Positions 11,801 through 24,900 of a DNA stretch of 64,000 nucleotides are shown here, piece after piece (position 1 is the first letter of the stretch; each line of letters starts with the position of its first letter). The DNA lies in contig CM119372.1 of assembly GCA_051294905.1 (NCBI GenBank), positions 38,318,001 through 38,382,000 on the forward strand. Direction: 5' to 3'. The notes under the pieces are model-generated. The model made no database searches. It was given only the letters and a program-made list of their open reading frames with translations, and was not told where the DNA came from. Both the position numbers and the translations under genes were made by a program. Source of the DNA: Botryllus schlosseri. Lineage: Eukaryota.

Positions 11801-14800
11801 GCGCGCGGGAATGTTTTTTATGCCTATACAACTAAACGAATACCCATCGGCCTGCTTACTACATTTTAAAGATTCTCTTCGCTATTGTGTATACAAGAAT
11901 ATACTTCTCTTAGTAAGCAATTTCTCGTGAATTCCGAAGCACATTGACGCGTGTTAACTTCTATATTAGGTGATAGTATCATTTTCATGTCTGATAATGT
12001 TACTTGTCAAGGTGATACAAACGTAAGCTCAAACTACTTTAAAATTTAAAGTCTTACCAAATTTTATCTAAAACTGAAACTGTCGAGTACCGATAAAGTA
12101 GTCTAAAACCTAGTCACTTTTTACGTGGAGGGAGAACATAGCGAAGTACTTGTACATTTTGCAGTACTCAAGTATAGGTTTGGCCTGCTTGCGCTATACT
12201 TAATGAAGTGATTACCTATTTACACTGCATCTACTTCGATTTCAGAGTTTTTCGCTTTTTCCAGCAAACTATACCTTCAATACTTACTTTTCAACTAACT
12301 GGGAAATCATTACTTCTTGTACTTTAGTAGGACTTTACTGCTACAATGTACTTTTTTCAGTGGACCAGCGGTCTTGGTGAGTGTTGTCAGTTTCATCTAT
12401 ATCCTACGAAAAGCTACTTGAGCACTTCACGGGTTCGTATCATCGCAAATAATATATTCTAAACATGTTTAGATAGCGAGGAGTTGTAATTATAGGTGAA
12501 AGGGACAAATTTTATCTAAAACTGAAACAGTAAAGTACCGATAAAGTGGTCTAGAGTATTTTTTATGTTTATTCAACTCAACGAATATCTTCATTTGGCC
12601 TGCTTACTACATTTTAAAGATTTTCTACGCTAGAAAAATCGCTGTAACATGATAAGTATATTATAATTAATCTTATCAGCGCGGCATACTACATTCGAGT
12701 AAATTCATTAAATTAGCTTATGTTTATGAAATTATTTGGTTTCTGAATTCTATCTAAAACTGAAACCGACGAGTATCGGTAAAAGCACTTATTACGTGCT
12801 GGGAGGCGATAGCGAAGTACTCGTGCATTTTGTACTACTCAAGTATAGGTTTTATCTGCTTGCGCTAAACTTAATCAAGTGATTAACTATTTACACTGCA
12901 TCTACTTCTATTTCAGAGTATTCGGTTTTCAGGTAAACTATACCTGCAATACTTTTTAACTCACTCGGAAATCATCACGTCTTGTACTTTACTAGAAATT
13001 TACTGCTACTAAATGTTGAAACGTACTGTTTTCAGCGGTCTTGATGAGTGGTGCTAGTTTCATCTATATCCTACGACGCATTTTCGCGCTGCAGAATGAC
13101 TTATCGCAATAAAAATAACAAAAATACTTCGAGAATTTGCGAACTCTCACTGCGCAATATTTGAGTTTTACGAAGTAACCTTCGAAGTGAGCCTACATCT
13201 TGGATGTTATCCAAAACCACATACAATTTCGCTTCGAACGAGGTATCCTTTAAAATAAGGTAGAAGTAGTCATTTCCGAGTAAGTAAAACGTTAGTACTC
13301 TAGGTATATTACTGTTTAATACTCTAGCTATCATGAAGTTGATGTACTCCAATATCATAAGGACTTGAGACTATGTGGTGCATCTAGGCAAAAAACCTAC
13401 TTGGGTATTCTCAAGAAGTACGAGTGCTCAAGTATAAGTTTCCAAACCATTACCTTGACAAAATTTTCAGAATAGCAACTTTTGCGTAAAGTCTGTCTTG
13501 AATTTAGTTGCCGGCTCTGAAAGCAAGCAAAGTTTGTGGTATTTGCGCAACATCGAAATTTGTATACTTCACGCGGGGCCTACGATACTTATGGCCTAAT
13601 ATGGCACATTACACTTGCTGGATATAAGAGGCCGACACTCCCAATCAGACATCACGACTGACTCAATGATTGCTCGCGATCTCACTTCTCGATACCAGAC
13701 GCCTCGCCATACAAGTCTAATAAAGTATTATAACAGACAAAATTAGTTCTTTCAGATGAAACAACCCAATTAAGAGCCAAGTGACAGCGCCGCAATGTAT
13801 TTAATCACCAACACACAAGAAGACAATGTAACGAGGATCCCCAACTTGGGCATGTAAAAGTATTTTACAGTATGGTAAAACGAATTCAAGCACGTGAAAA
13901 TGAAATTCATTCATTTGGAACTACTCTGAAACACACACGTGGAGCTTGGCCATAGAAGTTCTGCAAGTGAAATGAATTACTGCAGTAAGCAAACTACGTC
14001 TTGCTCAACTGCCGCTTTTTAAAGTCCTTCACAGCATCTTTTCTCATATAAACGGACAACCGGTTTCAGAGTATACCCGCGTCGATCGCATCGCATCTAT
14101 ATCAACGGTTAACCACATGAAATAACAATATGCTCTTGTATATCGAAATGTATGCTTTGGAAATCGACGGATATTGTGTGTCCTGGTGTGTGTGTGTCTG
14201 TGTGTGTCCCGGTTCGTGCTTTAGCCTCCCACAGAGTCAATATGTTGAAATTAGCAACCTCCATGACTTTGGTAACTGCTTGGTACACGGATAATGGTTG
14301 AATTTATGTCCCCGTCGCGCTAACAAATCCGGGTTACTTGTGAGTTTTCTCACACATGTTTACTATATTGTGTCACTCTTTATTGGTCAATACATATCCC
14401 ACCGTTCAGTTTGAAATCGGAAACCCGAGAAAGTATTAACCGGATCCGGATATCAACTCTGAATCGACAAACCAATGAACAATATTCAAACATGTTACAC
14501 CCCCCCGTGTTTCCATGAAAATAACAAGACATTACACATCCAGTATACTTCACGATTGTTCATAGATACCAAGTATTCGCGTAAAAGAGGTGTGTGACAT
14601 TACATACATCATGGATAACATCATGGCCGGTACTACAAGCATCATGGATTACAAATTCATGTTCTGAAGTCTCATACATGCACCGACTCTGTACATTCAA
14701 TGTGGGGGTAGCTGACTTGGAGACAGAAAAACACACATATTTGACCGTAACATGGTCTTAGTATGAACCGACATGCATTGGACTTGTGGAAAAATGTGTC

Positions 14801-15405
14801 GCACACTATTTCACCGAGATTACAACCCTTTCACGGTTCACAACTTGATATATCAACTTCACAGGGTAGTTCGGATTCTCAGGTAGACTTGAATCGTGAT
14901 CCGGATCTCGGAATATAGTAAAATCGGGGTATGTAGTTTAATTACTCACTCACTACTCTATATGTTGGTGGTGGTCATACCCTGCAAACTTTTTTTGGTG
15001 TGAACGTAGTGTTTCACCTTACATCAGTTGGTTCAATGTATGTACCGGGTTGTGAAAACTGTCGCTGTTTTGACTATGTGTCACAATCAATACTAAATAC
15101 GAGAATTCGTTACTCGTCGAAACGCCGCAGTCAGACATCGTTAACAGCGATTCCGTGTATGGCAATCTTGAGTTCAATTGCGGTTTTGTGATGTTAACCA
15201 AGCGGCTGTGTTTCTGCGGTGTGAAGACTGAATTCGTGTTGTTTCCCCGCAAGAGTGCGATGTCTATTTCACACCTAGAGCAATTATAAAACGCATCTTC
15301 GAAACTTTTGGTCTAGTTCATCCGCTTGCATTTCGAAACGGACCATCACGACAAGACTCTAACCCACCACATCCGTGGTTTCAGTTGATCATATCGAAGA
15401 ATATC

Positions 15406-15681
15406 ATGTCCATCCGTGTTACCACCCACAGATTTCGCCATCCTCACACGGTAGTGCTAAGACACAGACAAGATGCGGTGGTGGAAATATTGAAAATGAG
15501 AAAGCAGACCTTGGTGTCATTTGATTTGGATTTTACACCCGATGAACCCACCATTCGTACTGCGCATTGGGATGAGGATTCTATCATTGATGTCGAGGGA
15601 AAGGAGATGTACAGATTTGTTGGTGTCGTGAATATTCAACGAAAGTCGGGGTATATAGTTGTGCATGGTTCGCGTATTTGA
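15406..15681 (+). CDS. Small hypothetical protein (~91 aa); right-arm copy
   Basis: Mirror of 7873-8148. Confidence 0.35.
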   Translation: MSIRVTTHRFRHPHTVVLRHRQDAVVEILKMRKQTLVSFDLDFTPDEPTIRTAHWDEDSIIDVEGKEMYRFVGVVNIQRKSGYIVVHGSRI

Positions 15682-16093
15682 CTGTGGAGATATCGCTATA
15701 CATAACGTGCTGTTCACCGTATCGATAGCACCAACGAATATCCGTGAAAGGGTTGTAATCTCGGTGAAATAGTGTGCGACACATTTTTCCACAAGTCGAA
15801 TGCATGTCGGTTCATACTAAGACCATACGGTCAAATATGTGTGTTTTTCTGTCGCACCTATAGGACACCCCCTTGCCACATCATCCACCCATTGCCGCAC
15901 CTATAGCACACCCATTGCCACATCATCTGCGCCACATCATCAAGTGCCACGCCTATAGTGCCACATCATCCATTGCCACATCATCACCGCATTGATTGCC
16001 GCATCTATATGGTGCACAGCGCCGCATCAACCAGCGCGATGTCGATTGGAAGTATACTGGATGTGTAATGTATTGTTATTTTCATGGAAACAC

Positions 16094-17124
16094 GGTATTT
16101 GATATGTTCCATTGTCATAATGTCCTACACCTGTGAACCAATCTTCAAGTTGCGCATTCAATGTTTAGCTCGGTAATTCCGTTATTAAAGTTGAGTATGC
16201 ATAGGTACGTGCTACGCTCCCGCAAAGGTCGGTATGGAACTGCGTTAGTTTAAAAGTTGTTCAATCATGAAATGCGTAACAAAATTAGACATGGTGCATT
16301 GTCATAATGTCTTACAACTGCGTAGCGAGTTTCAAGGTGGGGAGTCGATTATTAATATGGTAATTCCGTTATTAAAGTTGACTATGTATAGGTACGTGCT
16401 ACGCTACGGAAAAACAGATTTAGCCAAAAGTCTGTATAGAACTGCGTTGGTTTTAAAGGTGTTACATCATGGAATGCCTGAAGAAATTTGGTATGGTGCA
16501 TTGTTATTATGTCCTACAACTGCGTACCAACGTTCAAGGTGAGAATTTAATGTTTAACATGCTAATTCTGTTACTAAAATTGACTATGTATCGGTATATG
16601 CTATGTTCACGAAAAACAGATATGCGTAAAAGTCGATATTCGACTGCGATAGTTTCAAAGGTGTTCCATCATTAGATGTGTGATGAAATTTAGCATGGTG
16701 CATTGCCATAATGTCCTACAACTACGTATCAAGTTTAGAGTTGGGATTCAATGTTAAGCGTGGTAATTCCGTTATTAAAGTTAACTATGTATAGGTACGT
16801 TCTATACGCTCCCGCAAAACAGATGTACGCAAAAAGTCGATGTAGAGCCGCGTTAGTTTTAAAGTTGTTCCATTATGAAATGCGTGAGGAAATTTGGTAT
16901 GCTACATAATCACAATGTCCTACAACTACGTACCAAGTTGCAAGGTGAGGAGTCACATATTAGCTTGGTAATTCTGTTATTAAAGCTGACTATGTATATG
17001 TATACGCTACCGAAAACAGATTTAGGCAAAAGTTGCTATAGAACTGCGTTAGTTTTAAAGTTGTTCCATCATGAAATGGTTGATGAAATTTGGTATGCTG
17101 CATAATCACAATGCCCTGGAGCTC
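16094..17124. repeat. Mirror copy of the ~200-bp tandem array (right arm)
   Basis: Reverse complement of 6430-7460. Confidence 0.85.
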
Positions 17125-20100
17125 ATTTAGATACGTTTTTAATGTAGTTTCACGTTCTAGTTGTTTTGATGTAAGGAAAAAATCATTCGATAACTCGATA
17201 CAACTAGTTAACGCGCGTTGATGTAACTTTCCTCATTTGTATGCATAGCCTACGCGCAATTGGTTACCGAATTTTTCGATTAGTTTATATTCCGTATTTT
17301 ATTTAAAACTGAAACTGTTAAGTACTACTTAAAGTGTTATAAAATGTGAAAAAAGTGTACAAGTAGAATTATTACTATGTCATGAATAAGTAATTTACAA
17401 ATTCATACGATTTTTCTTTTTGCGTTCCGGGATAAAATGTAATTTTTCTCTCTTTTTATTTTTTATTTTTTCAATAAAATTAGTATTCATTTTACAAAAA
17501 CGTCGTGTAAAGATAAAGTACTTGTACATTTCGTAGTGCTCAAGTATAAGTTTTTAATGTATTAACTTGATAAAATTTTCAGAATAGAGACTTTTGCGTA
17601 AAGTCTGTCTTGCATTTAGTTGCCAGCTCTGAAAGAAAGCAAAGTTTGTGGTATTTGCACAACATCGAAAATCGATAAAGTAGTCTAAAACCTAGATACT
17701 TTTTACGTGGAGGGAGTACATAGCGAAGTACTTGTACATTTTGGAGTACTCAAGTATAGGTTTGGCCTGCTTGCGGTATACTTAATGAATCATTCCTGTG
17801 TCATAAACACTTGAGTAGTTGGTGCGTGTAGACAAAAACCTACTTGAGTACATAATTTTTATTTTCCATTAAAATTAGTATTCATTTTACAAAACACGTC
17901 GTGTAAAGTTAAAGTACTTGTACATTTCGGAGTACTCAAGTATAGGTTTTGTTAGCTTATTATATGCTCAGTATATTATATGTCGAGAATTGTGGAGCAT
18001 TTATGCGGGTCTCCGGGGTGCTCTTCATTGAGTGTCCGTGTTGGACGATAAGTTTAATTCGCAAAATTAGTGTGTTCAAATCAGGCCTGTTGCCAATATA
18101 GTGATGTCGCATTAGCCCTAAATACACATAATAGAATATCAAGGAAAAGTATCATCTAACGTATAATGAATGTTATTTATTTCTCGGAAGCAAGTTATTA
18201 TCAAAACATAGTGGACAAAATTATCGCAGAGCAATACCGATTTTGCGTAAATTCCGTTATGCGTCTGACTACGTTACTAGGGATTATGTAGTTAGTTAGG
18301 AAATTAGGAGTCCTATCTTCCTAATCGGTATGGAACAACATCAAAAGCATCACAAAGCAATATCGACTTTTGCGTGAATTCTGTTATGCGTTTTACTACG
18401 GTAGTATGCGCACCTGCTTACAGATGTCCAGACGTGAACTTTCTACTATATTCGCTCCTAACATTATAGCAGCACCCGACGCAGCTTACATTATTACGTT
18501 ATAAGACGCCGGCGGCGTTTCACTGTCAGTTTAATCACCTTATTCTAGTGACATGAAAAGGACTGAATCGTATGAAATGTGGTCACTTCAAGAATCACGA
18601 TTTTTCATTAAGTAGTTATGTTTCTAGGCTACTTTTACTTCTATTTCACGGGTTTTCATAGAAATCTGCTTACTTTTATAACTTTATATTTTGTGAAGTA
18701 GAGAGTAGTTTAAGGTTATGTTTGTCTAACCTTGGCGAGTGCTATTGTCACACTCGATCACCATCTTCAGATCATGGCTATCTCAATGATGTTGACTAAA
18801 TTTTCGGCTTCAGAACGTGTTAATTAGACCTAATCGTTTTAACGCTGGGGTTCGCGTACAGGCATCGATAGAGTTTGTATAAATAAAGCCCTGCGAATCG
18901 CACGCCTACGGCTATAGTTCGTTCGATTATTTTCACCTTGGGATTCGCGTATATGCTACTAAGCTGTTACGACTTTAGAAAATTCTACAAGACTATTCGG
19001 AACGCGCACATGCGAGTGATTTGTTTCCGTAGCTCCGAACTGGAGAATCGCTTGCCTGCGTCTAATGAAAATAAGTCGTAAAATGTGGAGGCTGCAGAGA
19101 CAGTAACTTGTATACATAAAATCAAGTTTAAAAATATGGACGGATGAGTTATCTCTGACCAATAGAGTAATATAACCGCCTATAGTTTAGTGGGGTATTG
19201 CTATAATGTATATCCAAACAATCGTTGCAGACTCTGAATGTTACCTAGGTCCTTATCACAAAAAATCATGCATCAGAAGCGTAGGGGTTCATATTATCAA
19301 GTCGCAGCGCTCAAAATCGCATTTTATATTAAGTAATTAGTGATGATGTGTAAAATTTTGATATTAATAATATTATCCGGAGAATATAACCTTACATAGA
19401 CATCATAGTTTTCGCATTTATGTATAATCTGAATAGGAATTTAAATACATAGTCCTAAATACACATAATAGAAAATCTGTCGATTCTAGCCAAGGTAAGT
19501 TTTGACGCGGCAATCATGAGTCGTAAAATGTGGAAACTGCAGAAACCGTAACTTATACACATAAAATCAAGTTTAAAAAATATGGACGGATGATATTAGT
19601 CCTAAATACACATAATACAATATCTGAGAAAAGTATCAAGATGCGGCAATCAATGCAGCGATGATATAGCAATGGATGGATGATGTGGCACTATAGGCGT
19701 GGCAATTAAGGCGACGTGGCGTAATTTGATTGGCCTGCACGAAACCAATCCAACTACACTACTGTGGTATATACGATTTTGAGAGTCCTCTGACGACCAA
19801 TACCATTACAGCAGGGTTCGCCACTCAAAACGGGTCGCGGGCCACTTTTCAGATTTCGTAGAGGCCGCGGATCGCAAGCATGCAATAACGAGACAAAATA
19901 GACCACACAGTTTAGCAAGCACGCTTTTAAAACTTTACGTCAGTGCAGCGCTATGCTTTCTAACGCAGGCGATGTGCGTATTTACCATATGCCTGGGCAC
20001 AATGATTCGAGTACTCGAATCTGAATCGACTAATAATTCTAAACATTCGGGTCGAGTAGTAAAATTTGAATTTTTTGAGTACCCAAAGTATACGTTCCAT

Positions 20101-21548
20101 CCTAGTGACTGGTATTGCATCAATGAGAATTAAATTTACGATGTGATAGCACAGAACACTTTATTGCTGGTATCATATCAGAGCAAACATGTATTATAGA
20201 AGCTACAAATTACCTTTTCGGTGTACAACGGGCATTTTATGCTTTTATGTAGCACAGAATCGGTATATTTGAACTTTCCGTGTCTTTCATATAATGTTAT
20301 GACATTATTATGAGAGATGTGGCTTGCAGACCCCGTTTTAAAGAGCTACTTTGTGACACTTTTTGTTGTGATGTGCTAAAAGTGCTCATAATTATCACGA
20401 TTTAACAGAGTTGACCTCACCCGTCGGTTTCTCCGGCGAGTTTCGCGTTATATCGTATGCTAATCTTCTTATAGCAACGAAGGCATCCTCCAAATCCATC
20501 GGGTGGATCGTTGCTTGGGGTTTGCATCGGGGGTCGATCGACTATGCGGTCATAACAATCCATGCAGCAAGATATATACCATTTGTAAAATAGCCAAACG
20601 GCAATAACTGATGCACCAGCGCCGAGGCCACAATTCCGGCTAATTTGCCTGTTTGACTGATATTCCGCTGAGAAAGGTGCTGAAGAAATTAAATCATAAT
20701 TTGCTTCACTTCTACGTAAATAGGCTATATTTAAATAATTTACTGCCACATTATTTATCTTCAACAACGACTACAGACACTGTTTTCGGCTGTTTGCTAG
20801 TCCACTAATGCAACATACCAGGACCTAGGTTGTAGAAAATATTGTTGGATCATGTGAATGAAGACAGCTCATTTGTAGTACTTTCTCACTGATGTAGCCA
20901 AACTATTGCATTTTTTAAAATTATTTCATTTGTTCCTCGGGTATTATTGGCATTGACGCAAAGTGTGGAGGTCTGTTGCTGTTCCCGGTTCATTGCAAAA
21001 AGCCATATTCATTTTCGTTGTATTCATCAAAACCTACTCGAATATCTTTAAATAAAATCACACGTCACTAATCCGAATACAAACTGTAGGAAGTATCTGT
21101 ATAAAATAACATGATTTCACCGAGTATTCGAAGTAGCTTATTTTATCAATAGATGCACCAATGGCATAGTCGACATTTGAGTCGCATATGTAAGCTTGGA
21201 CAGTAGCTGAGTTATTGCAGTTGAAAGTTCTGGATTTGCAAAAAATAGCATTGACGGTGGATGATCCCAGAATTAATAAGGAAAAAAGTTAAATAAGTCC
21301 GCTTCTAAGGGTTGGAATTGAGTCAAATTTGTTTTGCATCGTTTTTGAAGACATCTCAACAATTTCATGGGTTGACAGAAAAATTTGAATAATATTTCTT
21401 CTTAATTCTTCGTAATAAATAAAAAAGATTTAAAATTGGCTCTGCTATTCTACTAGTCTTATCAAGAATTTATCCAAGGCAATTTAAATATCCGTTAATG
21501 TCGATATAGCTCACCCAATAAGACGTCATCGATATTGGAATGAAGTAT

Positions 21549-21626
21549 TTCTCTCTCTCTCTCTCTCTCCTTCTCTCTCTCTCTCCCTCCTTCTCTCTCT
21601 CTCTCCCTCCTTCTCTCTCTCTCTCC

Positions 21627-21657
<31 letters not shown>
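21549..21657. repeat. (CT)n microsatellite
   Basis: Direct reading. Confidence 0.95.
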
Positions 21658-21969
21658 AAACAAAGCAAAGTCAGAACGAAGAACGTTGATTTAGTGAAAA
21701 GTAATACGTTTATGGATATATATTATAAGCGTGAGTGAATTATGTTTTGTTTATGTTGTTAAGAACCTGTAAGTTGATTTAGTTGGGCGATCCACCAAAA
21801 ATTCGGCACATCTCAAAGGTTTCCATCCATAAATCAAAATGGCGTCAGTTTCTCTGTGGTATTTATTAGTGGCAAGAGGTGAAGGTTTCACTTACGACGT
21901 TCTGACGGCAGAAAATTCGAGCAATTGTAATCTCCGTATGGCTTACTAGTAGATATGCATGCAAAGTTG

Positions 21970-24900
21970 TCACCATCCAATGCAAGAACCATGAGCCATA
22001 CCACAGTTGTAAAACTTGCCTGTAAAATATCAAAGAGCCATTGAAATCTCGTGCATCGGATCTTCAGTGGAATTTTTCTGTTAACATTGTACCATCAAAT
22101 TTAAGCAAAATCTTACCCATAAGAAATTCGTGTTACCTTTACAGCCATGATCCACGTAGCAACATGATATGTCTCTAAAAACACATATTCTGTCTTAGCG
22201 AAGATTCGCACCATACATGGGGCAATATAACATTTAGGAACGCATGTTGTAGTGTAGTTAATGTATTTTCCTGATAACATAATATTATTGTTCAAGGTTT
22301 GGAGACCGTTACTAGTGATAATGGATAACGTCGTATCATATTGGGGTGTAGATCATCACGTTATCTTCCTTAACGTATAATTGGAGAAACATTTTCATAT
22401 TTGGCATTACCTGTGATTTTGATATCTTTCGGCTAAATCAGCCTCGTATTGCGTACTAATATCTTTATCATATGAGACGTTACAGTTGAGACCTTTCAAG
22501 CGATACTCGGCAAACTGTGAAACATTTGCGGGGTAATATATGAAGAATCAAATTTTCATTATTAAATTCTCAAATCGGTTCATATTATTAGATTACCTTT
22601 AATACCAATGCTCCGCTGTTAACTACACTATGCTGTTGTTCACGGGGATGGTTAGATGGTTCTTCACGCTGTCGTTCTTCATGGAGTAAATTGGATAAAA
22701 CCTGCCAGTAACAACGTTGAGTCTCGTGGTGGTCGCAAAACCTCCTGATAAAGCAAATGTTTGGGTTTCATTGGAAAGATGACGCATAATGTAAAAACCA
22801 TAAAATAGTAGAACTGTGGTAAAATGTCACGTATTACGTAGACTTACCGGAAATTTTCTTTAACAGTATCTTCATACTTCGTTACGTCGCCGGTAGGATC
22901 GTAAACTGATATTTTAGCACGCGTAAAATCAATCTCCTATAACACGAAAGAGTTTTTTAAAGTACAGGTCACATACATAATCGCAAGACATTATCTACCA
23001 AGAATATCCAATGATTCTCAACAAACAGCGAGGTGATAACTCGGCATCGTATGATACGACGAATCTGTACAATAAATCGCTTGTATTGAAAGTTATTCGC
23101 GTGACGTATATCCCAATATACCAACGACTTGTCGGATTTTTCGTCGAATTTGCCTTCGCGCCACCATGCATTTGCGTAACAGAACGGAACGTACACATCC
23201 GAGTCCTATGGAAGTAATTATATGCTAGGGTTACCATACGTCCTCTTTTAAGAGGATTTGTCCTCTTTTTTGACTTTTTTGAAAGCGTCCTCGGAGGACG
23301 CCCTTTTGTCCTCTTTTTTGAGATGTTGTCCTCTTTTTTGAAAATTTAGGTCATATTTAGAGCAAAATGCGAGTGATATGCCGTCAATTAGCACAGCAGT
23401 GACGCTCAAACGGTATTTTGAGCTCTGAGCGAAAAGATGACCTTTTTTTTTTCTAGTCAACCGCCCAGCAATGTGGAGGAAGAAACGGTATTTTGGGCTC
23501 TGAGCGGGAAAGTTGACCTTTTTTTTTTTAGTCAACCAATCACAAATTGGGAAAAGTTCACCGATTTCTGAGAATTCTTCTCCGGTTTTGCAAGTCTCAA
23601 ATTTCTGAAAGACTGTCCTCTTTTTAGATTTCCAAAATTTGCTCGTAGGCATTTAAAATACTAAGGGAATAAGCGTCGTAACCATGACCGTAACTGCCGC
23701 ACCCCAGAACCCCCATTCGGGGGCCGAGTTCGACGACGTCACGATGCACGAAGACATATGAATTTGGGTCAACATTGTTCTCCGAGAAGTGGAAAAGGAT
23801 TGCCCTTATGTTGACCGTAAACTTTGATATAATATGTCTAATTGTCCATAGGTGGCTAAATGGCTGGCGCCGAATCTTCCTGTCATCGCAATCTGATCCC
23901 CACATGAAAATTGGCATGCAGCAGAGACAAAATATTTTCCAGTGAAAAAATACCAATTTTAAATCATGTGCTTAGTACGTTTAGGCGATTTCAATATCGT
24001 TTGACTATATAGCGGACATGAACTCACGAAATAACAGCATGTAACGAAGTGATCGTACCAAAGGGCCCACTCTGATATGTTTAATTATAAATTACGTGCC
24101 CTAAATCTCTTTCAGCTCTACCAGTAAATCTGACTACGTGGGCTGACTGGATAAAAAAAATGTATCAATGTATATTCAATTACCGAAATCATCGGCCTAT
24201 TTCACTATCAATTACATAAAATCTCATATCTAAACGCGGTTAGCCTAGGAAAACGTGCCGACTGCTGAGTATACGAATTCTCTGTGTTAAACGTATTGGT
24301 TATAATGTTGAGCCCGATGGGAGGTCAGGGGGCGAAGCCCTTCAGAAGTTTGGTTTAGCACCCTATCGGGAGCCCAAGACCAACGTTTGGGGGGGAAGAC
24401 GAAGTACTGTTACGGCCCTGGTCGTAACACCAATGGGTTGCTAGCTCAAGTCTGACCGACATCGACTGCAGAGTTCCTACTGAAGAGCTGCAGCTTCGTC
24501 TAGGTATCTCCTCACCATCTGGTCCCCGTCTGCGGTGTCTTAAGCCCGTTCATACCCGATTTATGAAACTTTTCCCGTACCATGCTCCGAAACATATGAT
24601 AATTGCATTCGCACAAACCAACATAAATTGATATACAAAGAGTTAATGAAGAGACGACAATGAAGAGACAATCTCTGTTCGGATGTGCAACAAGTAGGCT
24701 ACCAATTTAGGCCAACAAATACCGCGTGTAAAGACAATTTGTTTTATCGTTTTTATTTATTGCAAATTTGTTTCTGTTTGATCCGAAATCGCTTTTTAAA
24801 GCGGGTAAATGTTGCCGAGCAGTTGTTAGTGAATTCTTCACCTACAAATCTATAACGTTCAATCGAAACTATATATGGGTTTTGTGTCCAGAATTCACCC

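Larger units (their letters stand above)
1406..19763. mobile_element. Giant palindromic non-autonomous Maverick/Polinton-like element
   Basis: 1406-11758 is the reverse complement of 11801-19763, apart from a hAT insertion and scattered SNPs/indels. Mirrored ORF pairs (8363-8554/15000-15191, 2007-2210/18959-19162). Termini AGTAGTGTAG...CTACACTACT. Flanking direct repeat GTGGTA at 1400-1405 and 19764-19769. Confidence 0.85.

Noticed and set aside
1406..19763. Palindrome as a fold-back read or assembly artefact
   Set aside because: The exact 6-bp TSD, element-like termini, one-arm hAT insertion and arm SNPs argue against it; read-level confirmation is still needed
1406..19763. Autonomous Maverick/Polinton
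   Set aside because: No long ORF and no pPolB, integrase, ATPase, protease or capsid motifs visible
23248..23956. Lys-rich 134-aa and 110-aa ORFs
   Set aside because: They lie in MITEs with T-run subrepeats inside an intron; no domain recognised
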